A stretch of DNA of 64,000 bases from Octopus vulgaris (Eukaryota): the NCBI GenBank assembly GCA_951406725.2, contig OX597815.1:141298001-141362000 (forward strand). The letters run 5' to 3'. Within the stretch, counting starts at the first letter, position 1, and every line of letters begins with the position of its first letter. This document shows positions 41,689-56,332 of this stretch, one piece after another. The notes under the pieces were generated by a model. That model did no database searches, was not told the origin of the DNA, and saw nothing but the letters and a program-made list of their open reading frames with translations. Both the position numbers and the translations under genes were made by a program.

Positions 41689-43004
41689 ACATATGGTTCT
41701 GTGTGTGCTTTTGCGTGGTTGTGTGTTTGTATGCAATAAAATATAAAACATAGGTAGATAAATGTACATACAGATTGTTCAGACTAATTTCGACTGTCTG
41801 CACATAAATAAAAGAAAATACAAGATCATATAAAAAAACATAAAATGATATAAAAGAATGAAAAAAACATATCAACAACATTATGGTTTGGAGAGATGAG
41901 ATTACTCAACGCAGCGGCCATCAGGTTCCACCACGGATTTAAGATAGCTGGGGAATCTGGCACATAGAATCCTCAATGTGTCCATGGGAAGATTTTCAGT
42001 TGGAAGTTTTGCATACTTCACGATGTTTACTGAGTATTGCGCAGCGTTCATGGCGTAGGTTTTCTTTTATACCCTTCGCTATCATCATGATGCAAGAAAC
42101 TCTTTAACCAATATGCAGATGACGTCTAGCTCTCCACGACAGCTAACATTGACTTAAATTCAGCTGCAATCTATATGCTCTCTAACGCCGTTGACTGTCC
42201 ATCAATACATCAAGCACCTCCTGGCAGATGGAAAAGACTTGTCAAATTTAGTTCGGACACAAATAGACTTGCATGCAGACTATACGTATAGCCCTAGTGT
42301 GTACATGTATACAAACATGTTTAGTTATATATATATATATATATATATATATACAAACACATACATGTTTGAATATATAATACACTCACGTGCATTAATT
42401 TCAACCTGCACACCCATTTTTGTGTTTTATTTTTCTGTAAATTTCAACTAATCACACACACACATATACGAGTATGCTTGTGTGTGTATGTGTGTGTGTG
42501 TGCGTGTGAGAGAGAGAGAGTGTGTTGTGCGCCTATATCAGCGATATATCTATGTATCACTATGTGTGAGTATATGTGTGAAAGGAGATAGATTTCTGAG
42601 TAATTTAGATAAGACGGTTAACTAGATGAAGTGAACAGATATAGAGATATGATGTGATACAGAGACGGTTAAAAAGGCAGTGTGAATAAATCCAAAGATA
42701 TGATGAGATATAATGACGAGTAAATAGGCGAAGTGAAAAATACATAGATATTACGAGAGATAGATAGATAGAGACACAGTGAGAGATAACGAAAGACGTC
42801 CCTATTTACTCTAGAATTCTTTAAGCATTTTCTTGATAAAATATTGCGGAAAGAAAACTGTCAGCAGCTTATTTTGTTGTCAAAGAGAAGTTAATGATGT
42901 TTGTAGTTTTCCTTAATGAAAGAAAAAGCTGGTTTCGGATAAATATCTCTCAGCTGCACGAGACTTTAAACACGTCATTTCTACCACGGTTTTAAATTTT
43001 GACA

Positions 43005-43141
43005 CAAGGCCAGCAATTGCATGGTGGGAGTAAGTTTATGACATCGACCCCAGTGCTCAAATAGTATATATTTTATTGACTTGTGAAATGATGAGATACA
43101 GAGTCCATCTCGGCAGAATGTGAATTCAGAACGTAAAGACC
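43005..43141 (-). mobile_element. Diverged SINE fragment (family A)
   Basis: acaaggccagcaatt..catcgaccccagtgctcaa..ctcggcagaatgtgaattcagaacgtaaagac. Confidence 0.8.
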
Positions 43142-43175
43142 AACACACGTGCACACACACACACACACAGACGCA

Positions 43176-43236
<61 letters not shown>

Positions 43237-43689
43237 GTAGAAGATGATAATTTGTGGAGATTTACTGGAATAAGCGTTACTTTACTCGGGTGAAATGATT
43301 AATATTTCATCAGTTTTACTTCTACTGCTTGGCCCTTGTATTATGCTATTTTACAGGAATATAGTCCGGATCTTCGGACAGAGAAATGGACACACTTCTT
43401 GACTAGGAAATATAATGTATCTACAAAGAAAACGGAACCGTAATTAACGGCGTAATTTCATTTCTGGGATCATATTTGGAGATTAAGAATTATTGTTAGT
43501 AAAAGAAAATGTCTATGAAATATATTTGAATAGTAGCTATTCTTGTATTAAATGGCTGGGTTTGAAATACTGTTGTTAAATATAAGCACTCGGTCAATTA
43601 CATCAAAAATGCTTTTCGTCAACAGCAGCTGCAATTATGCGTATATTTTGGCTTATATTCATACCTTCTATCTTCTTTCTGTCAACTAC

Positions 43690-44047
43690 TCGAGTCGTTA
43701 GACTACAGTTATGCTGAAGCATTGCCTTGAAGGATTTTAGTCGAACTAATCGACCCCGGTACTTATCTTGTTTTTTAGCAATCACGTATTCTGTCGGTTG
43801 CTTTTTCTGAGTCGCTACCTTTCGAGGATGTTAAAAAAAACAACAACGGTTGTCAATGCAGTGGTGATGGTCAAAAGCACACACACACGCATATGCAAGA
43901 TGGGCTTCATTTATTTTCCGTCTATCAAATCCACTTTCAACAGCCCGAGGCTATAGTAGAATGCCCTTGCCCAAGTTGCCATACTGTGGAACTGAACCTG
44001 GAATCATGTGCTTCGGAGCAAACTTCTTACCTCGCAGCCACACCTAG
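43690..44047 (-). mobile_element. Diverged tRNA-derived CORE-type SINE (family B)
   Basis: Collinear with 56085-56900: gtcgaactaatcgacccc, ccgtcta.caaatccact, cttgcccaag, ggaactgaacc. Confidence 0.82.
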
Positions 44048-44267
44048 ATTCATTTTCACAAATGCGCAGTGGTTTTTACAGGTACAACATCCAAGGACAC
44101 AGAATATTGTGTGTGAGTATGTACGTGCATGTGTTATTAAGTGTGTGCATGTGCGTGTAAAATAAAGTTAAGCTGGTTAACAGCAAATAGCAACGGTTTA
44201 AATGGCTCGATGATGACTATAATATTGAACTTATGAATAGGACATTTTGATACTATATTTTTCTATC

Positions 44268-44304
<37 letters not shown>

Positions 44305-44667
44305 ATATTTAGTGATGGCATTTTTTGGGGTGGGGGGCGTAAGTGGGACAAATAAACACACGCACTATATACACGTCCTTCTCTTCATCTTTATAATTGA
44401 TCTTATTTTAGTGTCATTTATCTGAAATATTTTGTTACACATCCTGTGATGTTTTCAGCGACCCTCCATTCCCCCATATCTCCTCCTGTCATGTTTAGTC
44501 CATTTTCTTTGGGGCTGAAAAATGATAATAATAACAATAATACTAAAATGAAATAAGCACTTCTATATATATAATAATTTTTCTTTCAAATCACGATTTC
44601 ACATCAGGAATATTGCTAAGCAAATACATAAACGTAATATTTATGTATGATTCACTTTTTGTCTGTT

Positions 44668-44777
<110 letters not shown>

Positions 44778-45111
44778 CCTTCTGTGTGTGTGGGACTCAC
44801 TAGCTTTGGTTTATATACCTAGCTTTATGCATAGGTATATGCGTCAATCGATATTACGCACACACACACACGCAAAGGCACACTCACACGCAAAGGCACA
44901 CTCACACGCAAAGGCACACTCACATAGAAAGATATATAAATAGATAGATAGATACATACATACATAGATAGATGGGCTTCTTTCAGTTTGCTTCTACCAA
45001 ATTCACTCAAGATCGGCCCGACGCACTGAGTGGAACTGAATCGAGAAACATGTTTCGGAAGCAAAATTCTTACCACATACATAGATGTATGCATACATAT
45101 ATATACGTACA

Positions 45112-45420
<309 letters not shown>

Positions 45421-45431
45421 CTCTATCTCTC

Positions 45432-45481
<50 letters not shown>

Positions 45482-45483
<2 letters not shown>

Positions 45484-46210
45484 CGAGATGCGGTCAGAGC
45501 GACGAAACCGTCCTGCACGCACTCGTGCAGTGTCCAACAATTTCCGACCTGTGGGCTTATGTCGAACAACAGCTGTCACGTGCGGGACGAGCCGGTTTAT
45601 CAGCCGAGTCTATCGTCAATATTCTCACGCCTTCTACCTTCAAACGGGAAGGATGAGCTATTTTCGTCATTCTTGTGGCTATGGCAAAATAATGTATCTG
45701 GTGGACGCGTCTGAACGTATTGGAGACAACACTTTCCTCTCTGATCAATCTCTCATCAACTTCTTCAAGTATCACTTGAAAAGGAAAGTGAGAGTAGAGA
45801 GGCAAGTTTTGTCTAGCGAATGTTTCAAAAAGATATGTGTGAATGTAGCAAGGATGGCACGTATGAATGACAAAGTCACCTTGAGCATAATCCTATGAAA
45901 CAAGAAAAATTTTAAACAGAGGGTTACTTACTTGCAAACAAATGTGTTAATATGAGACATTATTGACCGAGGTTGCCGTAGTCTTTTCTGTAGGCTTTTC
46001 TTTCCACGGATAAACTTTATCTGCTTCTCCTTTACACTTTACATCATGACATTTCTGTGATACACGATACCTATTGATTTTTTTATTCCCCTTTTACGAT
46101 CCCTTTTGATCGAAAACCTACCCCATTTTTTTTCTTTTCTCCCCAAAAAGAAAAGCTCTACTTTGTAATCTGTCCCGTCTGTGTGCAGCCCTGTGTGGCT
46201 AATAAAGAAA
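45482..46210 (+). mobile_element. L1/Tx1-like LINE 3' end (ORF2 C-terminal zinc finger + 3' UTR)
   Basis: [24 protein letters not shown] (zf-RVT-type knuckle), ..AK*CIWWTR..; T-rich UTR, AATAAAGAAA, then (TCTA)n. Confidence 0.8.
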
Positions 46211-46254
46211 CATATTTATCTATCTATCTATTTATCTATCTAGCTATATATCTG

Positions 46255-46376
<122 letters not shown>

Positions 46377-46547
46377 TATATATAAGGGCTTAGTAAAATA
46401 AATTACTTTGCCACATACTGAACTCATTAGAAATAGCAGCTAAAGAAATTTCTTTAGCTATTTCTAATACTTAAAGAAAATCTCTCTCAGATAGTGTTTG
46501 CTCAAACCAACTCACAAAGGTATGGGGGAAAAAACCCTCAATTGTTG

Positions 46548-46603
<56 letters not shown>

Positions 46604-47522
46604 GGTGTATATGAACCAGGGACAACTGAAGAAGGGGAATATTCTTTATGTTGTAAGTATCGTTTCTCTGGTTTTTTTTCGTTGTTCGAAAAAATGTTCG
46701 TTTCTATGTTTTTGATTTTGTTTTGATTTCTCATTGAGTTCGACGCCTTTTTTTTTGTCCTGTACCCATATATGCATGTGTATATATACATATATATGTG
46801 GGTATGTACATATATGTATGTATATATGCATATATTTGTATAAATATATATATATATATACACACACATATATATATACACATATATATATGTACTTATT
46901 ACATTTAAATATATGTAAGTAAATGTGCGTTGTTATAGTAAATTGTTTTTTGAATATTCAATTTTAAAAATATATTACCTAACTTCATCAGAAATATAAC
47001 AAGTAGCGTAATCTTATGTGAAATATTAAAGTTTCCATCAATATCTTTTTGTTTTTTTTGGCTAAATATATTTCTTTTCCAAAAATTTATCCTGAAACTG
47101 AAAAGCGACGTCAATGTAAATAACATTTCGCGATGTTTTCACACTATAGAAAGAAATACCTATGTTATTAACGATAATAATGTTAAAATACCCAGTGAGT
47201 GAAAGAGTGAATCAGAAGAATCGAACAAAATAACAAAATATAAACTATAGATTCAATATATTTCTTTTTCTTTTCGGTAGCATCTTTATGCAGTGTGGCG
47301 TGATAAAATAAGAAAGAAGCAGCAACGCCACAGTGATGGTTGTCATGGTGATATACAAGTCTAGTATCGCCTATTTACTCAGTCATATCGTAATCGATAC
47401 ACAGTTGACGGTAAAGAAAATTTCTCCTCATCACAAATCATCGTACAGTAGTTGCCCGCTCGTACGTTCATTAGTCTTCAGAAAAATGTGAATGGATAAC
47501 TCCTGCGAGAAGTATATATATG

Positions 47523-47572
<50 letters not shown>

Positions 47573-47625
47573 TATATAACTAAATGTGTGTATATGTCTC
47601 TATGAAAGTAGCAGATGTATCCACA

Positions 47626-47674
<49 letters not shown>

Positions 47675-47731
47675 ACATTTATCTATCTGTCTATGTATCT
47701 CTCAACCTATCTATCTATCTATCTATCTATC

Positions 47732-47762
<31 letters not shown>

Positions 47763-48848
47763 CAAGCTATTTATCTCTCTAGCTCTCTATTTATCTATAC
47801 GGATAGATAGAAGTGGGTAAATATATAGATATGTATAAAGACGGAGAAAATAAAAGAAGTAAATCAAAATATCTACGTGAAAAGAAAGGAATAAATAGAA
47901 ATCAAAATCACCAATAAGATCTATAGGTATTTTGTCTGTAAGCTGAGATGCAAAATATTCTATACGGAATTTAAAGCAGCGTTATTTTGTTTTGCGATTA
48001 ATTTTATCTTCGACTGTTAAGTACGCCATAGATAACCCAAAAGAGATACTGAATCAGAAAGTAAGGAGATGTCGAAGTTACAGTTTGATTATTATACAGT
48101 CTGCTAAACTTAAATTTTCCACCATCATATTTCTTAATAGCCAAGCTTTCTTAAAATTCGACTTAGCAGCCGATGTAGGAATGCTTGTTCGACGAAGCGT
48201 GAGAGTTACGCTGTGTAAACCTTCCGCTCCAGTCTACATTTTCTATACCATTTCTTACGAGTTCGAGATATTTCTCTTCTTTCATCGAGTAAAAGTCAGT
48301 GAAATATGGTAAGTTGAAAGGAGGAATGAGGCACCGCCGAGAGGATTCTCTAGATATGACGATAATAGCTATATTAAAGATAAAGCAGAGCGCCATACAA
48401 TAAGTACATGATGATTATGACGATGAGAGTGATGCTAATGATGATGATTATGATGACGATGATGACGACGACGACGACGAATATGACGACAACGATGATG
48501 ATTAAAATGACGGTGATGTCGGAGAGAATAGAGTCGGTGGTAGTGGTGTTGATGGAAAAGCATAACCATAAAATAAACGATCGATAAACTGCACGACAAT
48601 GCATTATGATGATATTTCTTTTCTTCCGGTATTATTCTACTGAATTCACTTATTGGACAGCGGCCATGCTGTATCGCTTCCTACTGAGTCGAACATGTGA
48701 AACCCCATATATATTGTTATCAGGTACTTATTATGTCAATCCTATATTTACAATATAACTTCGATATTATGTGGTCGAAAATGCGATTTCTACCTCAGAC
48801 ATATGCACAAGCCCAACACAAACGCAATGAGCGCGCGCACACACACGC

Positions 48849-48916
<68 letters not shown>

Positions 48917-48919
<3 letters not shown>

Positions 48920-49190
48920 TAAACAGTAAAAATAATTACAGACATGGACAAGAACATGAAACACCACAGAGACGACACAAGAACCACAGGACGGGACATT
49001 CGAAGCCCTCAGTCATCAGTCAAGAACCAGATCATCTTAGCAATTTCGGCTGATTAAACTTGAGATTGCTCCGATATGGGCAGCCCGCCAAGGGAAATCT
49101 AAGCCAAGCGCATTAGATCCCCTGGAAGAAAGCTTCGAATGTATACAACACGAGGACGGAAAACGAACGAAGTACACGAACAAATACATA
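48917..49190. repeat. Unclassified (TA)n-embedded element with an internal 11-bp inverted repeat
   Basis: Bounded by TA/TACA tracts; ACATTCGAAGC (about 48997) and GCTTCGAATGT (about 49132). Confidence 0.55.
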
Positions 49191-49402
49191 CATGCATATA
49201 TATATATATACATACATACATGTATATATATGTGTGTTTGTGTGTGTGTGTGTGTGTGTATGAGTGTATGTATGTATATGTTGTATTTCGGGACGGTCAC
49301 TTTTTTTCGTGTTGCTAAATAAACACATGCACTATATATTCGTTCTTCACTCATTTATTACTGTTCTTAACTTAACTCCTGTCCACTGTCCGTAAATCTT
49401 TC

Positions 49403-49634
49403 TATTTCTTTACTACCCACAAGGGGCTAAACACAGAGAGGACAAACAAGGACGGACAAATGGATTAAGTCGATTATATCGATCTCAGTGCGTAACTGCT
49501 ACTTATTTAATCGACCCCGAAAGGATGAAAGACAAAGTCGACCTCGGCGGAATTTGAACTCAGAGCGTAGCGGCAGACGAAATAACACTAAGCATTTCGC
49601 CCGGCGTGCTAACGTTTCTGCCAGCTCACCGCCT
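49403..49634 (-). mobile_element. Full-length tRNA-derived SINE (family A) with a 10-bp TSD
   Basis: Minus strand ggcggtgagctggcagaaacgttagc...gagttcaaattcc (A/B boxes); TSD TAAATCTTTC at 49393-49402 and 49635-49644. Confidence 0.93.
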
Positions 49635-50262
49635 TAAATCTTTCGTCACACATGTATGGCCTCATCAGCGACACTTTCTGTCCTCGTTTGTGCTCCTGCT
49701 CCGCTTAATTCATTCTGTTCTTCTATGATGTGCATCTTTACATGCGCATGCTTTTGCGTCTGTATTTCTGTGCGTGTGTGTGTGTCTACATGTGTGTGTA
49801 TTATAGTTCTTAGTAGCACTATAAGCCTGCCCTCCCCCATTGCCGCTGTTGCTGCCCGTGACCCGTTTTTTTGGACAACCCCTGTATCTCTGTGATTGAG
49901 TTCACCCAAGAATTAGCCATCGTGGTAGTTGTCATTGTTGCTGTTTTTGTTGCTGTTGTTGTTGCTGTTGGTTACGTTGCTGGTGTTGTTGCGGCAGTTG
50001 TAAAGTTTATGTATATGTGTTTGTGCGTGTATATGGGTTTCCTTACTATCTTGTCAGTATCCGTGGCCTTTATAGAGCTTTTATCTTTTTGTTTGTTGTG
50101 TTTCCCTATTCCTGTCTATTTCTTATATTTATCATAAATATACTGGTTAACTGTGTGTGTATTACACTGTTTCTGTATGTTTATTTTTTTTTCTCACCTC
50201 TGTCCTTATCCGTCATGTTGTGTGGTGGTAGCTGTTGTTCCATTCGTGTTTTATATATAATA

Positions 50263-50778
50263 CTAGCAGTATCGCCCGGCGTTACTCGGGTTTGTAAGGG
50301 AAATAACTATATAAGCATTTTTAGAGAGTTACTTCCTTATAGATGCCAATTCGGGCTTTCTTAGCCATTTCTGTTTTGGTGTCTTCAAGCCATGAAGTCG
50401 TTGTTCTTAAAGAACGCTGGTCTCCTTGTCAACGCTTTACGACGTTGATTTCCTTACACTCCCTTCCCCACAGCTTCCCGAGGGAGGGAAGAAGGAGTAG
50501 AAGCAAACACAGGTGCAGGTGTTTGAGCGTGGACGCCAACTCCGCCGCCATCGACACACGAAAAATTATGCATTAAAATGGAATAAAAAATGATGTTAAA
50601 TTATTTTTAAAATCGTAGACTCATCGTAGACGCGCGCTAATAGCCAAACGGGCTCGATATTAATCTCGACTATAAGATACCCGAATTTGGTTAAACTGCA
50701 CCGCAAAATGTGGGAGGAGTTAGGAATCTAAATCGTAGGAGACAGACACTCACACAACTACAGTTTTATATATATAGA
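50263..50778 (-). mobile_element. Non-autonomous Helitron
   Basis: Minus strand 5'-TC...cccgagtaacgccggg hairpin...CTAG-3', inserted between A and T; 3' end shared with 15898-16167. Confidence 0.85.
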
Positions 50779-51134
50779 TATATATATATATATATATATA
50801 GATATATATATATATATATATATTCTCACAGACAGGCTCACGCACACGCACATTCATATCCATCCACAAACGCACATACACACGAACGCGCGTGCGCACA
50901 TGCATGCACGCGCACACTCAAACGTTGATTTTTCTCCAAAGTTCAAAATATATTATTTCATTCACAAATGTGTGGGGTCTGTATGGTACAGTAGAAGAAG
51001 CTTGCACATGGTGCTATAGAGTGGGAGCTGGCCGGCATACAGCTAGTTCGAAAGCTGTTTTTCTATAAAGAGAACTTGCTTTTATTTTGAAAACATCCTG
51101 TAATAATTTCACAGTATAAGACTAACAAAATCAG

Positions 51135-51620
51135 TTATTTCTACTATAGACAGAAGGCCTGAAATTTCGTGTTGAAATGATATAATCGATTCGGGAGAGG
51201 ACAGTTGATTAAATTGACCCCATACAGAACTGGCATTAACCTTACTGATTTTAGCGACCGCGAAAGTATGAGGGACAAGATTCTCCTCAGCGGAATTTTA
51301 GCGCAGAACATAATGTCAGATGAAATGCCGCTAAGTATTTTGTCCGGGGTAGTATCGATTCTACCACCACACTAAATTATGCGACAGCAACGACAGCAAC
51401 AATAACAAAAAACAACAGCAATAAAAACAATAACAAAACAATGTTAATGATGATTTCAAATTTTGGTGCAATGCATGCAAGTTCGGGAGAGAGGGTAAGT
51501 CGAACTCATCAACTCCAGTGTTCCACTTGTACTTGTTTTATTAACCCGAATGGTTGAAAGGGAAAAAGACGACCTCAGTAGAATTTGGAATCAGGACCTA
51601 AGGATGGATGAAGTGCCCTA
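51135..51620 (-). mobile_element. Two adjacent diverged SINE copies (family A), about 51135-51372 and 51450-51620
   Basis: tttctactatag.c.gaaggcctgaaattt, cctcagcggaatttt, gacctcagtagaatttggaatcag. Confidence 0.7.
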
Positions 51621-51694
51621 CACGATATCAATTCTACGACAGATTTGGAACCTAGATACACTGGAAGCTATGGCAACACTATTGAATTAAAACA

Positions 51695-51845
51695 GAAAGA
51701 ATGGAGAAACTTTCAAAATAAAATGACCTGGAAATAGAGGTAACTCGAATGTGGAGTCTAAAAGCATACACTTTCTATCATAATGGGCGCATTAGGCATG
51801 ACAAAACAATACTCAGACAAATATATAACGAAAACCACCTGCACT

Positions 51846-51855
<10 letters not shown>
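51695..51855 (+). mobile_element. Short 3' fragment of the same Dong-like LINE family as 27041-29288
   Basis: atggagaaactttcaaaata.aa.gacctggaaatagaggtaact.gaatgtgg matches the reverse complement of about 27200-27360. Confidence 0.88.
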
Positions 51856-51922
<67 letters not shown>

Positions 51923-52409
51923 TTAAACATATCAAAGGGAAATGGAAAATTAACATTTTCACTTCCAGTGGCCTAACGTGTGAAAATTTGGTCCGAAAAG
52001 ACTATGAATTAGTCATAATATATCGTGTACATTTAAATACATAAGGAATCTACTCGTGGAATTCAACATGCTAGAAAGAACAGCTAGGTTCTATAACTAC
52101 AAAAATTAGGGAGAAAATTCGACAGGAACGAAATGAAAAATAAAAGCATTTTACTATCATGTTTCCTGGACCAATTGGTTTCTGATTTTAGTCTAGCAAG
52201 CAAATAATCTTTGCTCACGAGGTGAAATCGTCCTCAACAGTTACACCTTAGGTTAAATTTATAAACAACGAGGCAATCAAACTATATGCCTCCCGTTTAT
52301 ATATCCTACTTTTTTCAAATTCTACTGCACAGACTCAGCCCTTCGCCGGCAATAGAAATTGCCAACTTTTAAATCCGAAAATTATACAAAGAATTATAAT
52401 ACTTAAACA

Positions 52410-52735
52410 TATCAAAGAGAAACCAGACGTTGTTGTGGTAAAGAGGGTAAAAGAGAAAACCAAGGTTATAGATATTGCAATATTTGGAGATGCACGCATA
52501 AGTGACCAAGAACAAGAAACTATTGAAAAGTACAGTGTACTAAGAGACGAAATTGCCAGAATGTAAGCTAAGAGCAGAGTGTCTGTCATCGTAGTAGCTG
52601 TAGTGTCAATCATAGTACTAACAACCGCGTTCGAGAAATATGTTAGTGAAATCGGAATTCATATGACAGCAGAGAAAGCCCAAAATCTGCTCTGCTGGGG
52701 ATAGCTAGGATTTTGAGTTTGATAGTCGGATTTTG
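52410..52735 (+). mobile_element. RLE-LINE endonuclease (3') fragment, different family
   Basis: KPDVVVV..VIDIAIFGDARISDQEQETIEKYSVLRDEIARM*. Confidence 0.8.
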
Positions 52736-52861
52736 AATTACTTCCACAATAATTAACAACCAAGTATCATAACTTATAGTACGCGGAAAAAGCTACTGTG
52801 AGAAATTTTTCAACAGGTTGCTCTCCTCTCTCACAGAATCAATGAGAGCTCTGAGAAGTAA

Positions 52862-52900
52862 AACAGCAACAACAACAACAACAACAACAACAGCAACAAC

Positions 52901-52971
<71 letters not shown>
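52862..52971. repeat. (CAA)n(TAA)n microsatellite
   Basis: Directly visible. Confidence 0.97.
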
Positions 52972-54635
52972 GGAAAGTAAACGAGTGGAGCCGCTCCATG
53001 GACTGATTAATGATACATCTAGTGATGGTGTCACAATAAAAAACACTAGTAATTGCGCAACCTGATAATCGATACCTCATATCAGTTACAAAGAAAAAAC
53101 AAAATATTGTGAATAACGGTGGTAATGAAACTGAGTCCAATGACGGTAACAGAGGTACACCCGGTAGGCTCGGAGATTCTGGTTCAGCTCCAGTCTGTCG
53201 ATATTCAGAAAGGGACTACCACACACGGCGTAGATGAAGCAAGCAAGTTAATGCTGTGGTCATGGAGTGTTACTATCTGTGCAACCGCGTAGATGAAAAT
53301 GGTGCTCAAATTAGGGTTTACCGACCAGGTATGTATGATCATTGGAGAGAAAAGGGATTGTTTTAACTCACGGAACAGAGCAATAAGAAAAATCGTTGGT
53401 TCACAGAAGTAGAGCTCGAAGCTATCACAAGACAGATCTTGGAAAATAGCAGCAGAGATAACGATGAAAATACAGTTTTTAATAATAAGAGTAATCCCGT
53501 AGCACAGGAAAGTAGAAGCGGTAGTTTACTTGATGAGAGACATAGAGATGATCAAAAAGAAGACAATAAAACTAATGTCTACATGACAGATGAACAAAAG
53601 GCAAGACGACAGGAGAACGATAGCGACATTATTTGCAGCCATAAAAAGGATGATCTATGGAAATTGAACCAACGAAAAGAAAAATGTCAATGAAAGTCTG
53701 ACATACATCAGAAAAAACAACATCACAGAAACAAATAATTTGATCAAGTCAGCAAGTATAGTTGTAGCAGAAAACGTAGGTGTTGATATCAAGTAAATGA
53801 ATCATAACAGGGGTGACAAAATAAAAGTTCCATGGTGGAAAAAAAAGTACTGGCAGGGTTAGACATGCTCTCGAAGAAAATCTCTGTATTAGACCGAAAA
53901 GAGATAAGGGAGCTGAAAAACGAACAAAAATACAGGGCGCTAAAAAGGAAGTATAATATTGAAAGAAAGGGTGGTAATGGAGGAACTGAAACAGCGCCTC
54001 GTTGCAAAGAAAAACAAAGATGGTAAGATACGACCAAAGAATGAAGGGTTGCCACCAGAGTAGGTTATTCAGAGTAGATTAGAAGAGATTCTGTAAAGAA
54101 ATAAATGGAGAGTCTACAGATGAAAAGTTGATATCTGATAACATTGAAAGTCAAAGGTTTTGGAGTGACATATGGAGCAAAAACAAGAAGCACAATAGAA
54201 AATAGTTACAAGAACTGAAACAAACAGTAGTCTGTTCAAAACAAGCCGAACTAGTCAGTTCAGTTAGGGAAGTGAAGGAAACCAGCAAAAAATCAGCAAC
54301 TAGAAGGCCCTGGGACCAGATGGCGTTCAAGGCTACTGGATCAAATGATTTGGTGAATGTCACGCACAAATAGCTGCGCAACTCAATATCTTGTAACACC
54401 AGATTGGTTGACATTAGGGAGGACAGTGCTGTACTTAAAAAACATCGAAAAAGGCAATACGGTAGACAATTACAGATCGATATCCTCTTTGCCACTTATG
54501 TGTGGAAGTTATTGATTGGAATACTCACAGAGTCAATGTATGGACATCTTGGAAAAAACTGGAGACCTGCCACAGAGTTCCAAGCGTAAGTGAAGAGGTA
54601 CCAAGGATCAACTCCTGATAGACATAACTGTACTT
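52972..54635 (+). mobile_element. 5' portion of a decayed R4/Dong-like LINE, 3' truncated inside RT
   Basis: Starts right after (TAA)n; [73 protein letters not shown]. Confidence 0.88.
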
Positions 54636-56332
54636 ATAATATGTATATTGCAAGACTGAACGTATAAGTAATAGGTCCGCTTGAAAGGCAGTAATGGTTC
54701 AAAATTTCTCCACTGTATACGGTTTTAACTATCATGAAATTGGATATGGTGTCACTTGCTTCTCAAACAATGATTTTCAACTACACAAATGATTGTTTAC
54801 TTATACAGAACACTAATATGAAATAAGTGTGAAATGCTAAATAATCTAGTGAAATATATGATAAAATCTTAGAAGCAAATTCAATAGAATTACTGGTTCT
54901 GAAATTAAAGGGGCAACAAAAGGCTTCCATAAGAAATATACTCACTACTTTTTACTGTACTATACATAGTTGCTAAAAAAACACACGCTCGCAGGATTAA
55001 TTATTTTTTAGAGAAAAGCAATAATTATCTGGTTGAAAACAGTGTATGTTCCATTGGTTCATTAATGAGCTGACTCAATTACAAAGCTAGAAATATCTAA
55101 ACAAATAATATAAAAAAAAACATTTTAAATCTGTGTCTGAGTATGACCTTAATGGATTTAGAGAATGTATTTGATAATCTTTCCAGCACTGACTGTTCTT
55201 TTAATTAACCTCTTGCGTAAACTATTCTCAATAATTTGTTTGTCATGAATAACTTGTTTATGTTGAATGCTCTTGCACATAAGTTTTCTGGATTAACAAG
55301 CTAGGGTGAATTTGAGTTTATAGAGAGATATACTAAAATAACTCAGCTGCTAGACAGGAAATATTACTAACAAGAAATAATGTAAAAAATGGTACAGCAG
55401 GCAATGCACTCGGTTCCACATTATTGCAAGATAATCTAGCACACGGTATTTTCTCAGCGGTTTACAACCTTTTAGAAGTAAGAGCCCAATTTCGTCTCAT
55501 AGCCCATTTAAAAGTTTTCAAAATAAAGACGGGTTCCAAAAAGAACAGTTATTCATTTTGTTAGCATAAATAGATAGTCTTTAATCATAATCTAACAGGA
55601 GAAACATTAATAAGGACAGAGGAACGAAATCTTTGCATATATACATAAAATGAGAGAAAAAGAGACAAGGGAGACAAAGAGAGACAAAGGGAAATATTAA
55701 GTGACGGAGAGAAGGAGAGGGCAAACACAGAAACACATATTTACGCATGAAATGAAGGTATTTTTTGAGTTGAAGATATATAACTACATTGTTATGTCGA
55801 CAATGTATAATCCCAATACCTCCGAAATATTTACACATTCTAACGCCCTCTACTATTTCACGATGTTACGTGTATGAATGTATGTATGTATGTATGTATG
55901 TATGTATGTATGTATGTATGTATGTGCGTAAGTATGTATGTATGCGCGTATGTATGTATGGATGTATTTATGTATTATGTATGTATGCATGTATGTACGC
56001 ACGTATGATCGAATGTACGTACGTATGCATGCCTGTATGTGTGTGCTTTTGTGTATGTATATATACATATAGTCTTACTCTCTTTTTACTCTTTTACTTG
56101 TTTCAGTCATTTGGCTGCGGCCATGTTGGAGCACCGCCTTTAATCGGGCAAATCGACTCCGGGACTCATTTTTTGAAAGCCTAGTACTTATTCTATCAGT
56201 CTCTCTTTTGCCGAACCGCTAAGTTACGGGGGACGTAAACACACCAGCATCGGTTGTCAAGCGATGTTGGAGGGACAAACACAGACACACAAACATATAC
56301 ACACACATACGTATATATACATATATATATAT

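Noticed and set aside
42100-42135. QYADDV reverse transcriptase motif
   Set aside because: Isolated motif followed by a stop, with no other collinear RT motifs recognised; at most a very old LINE relic
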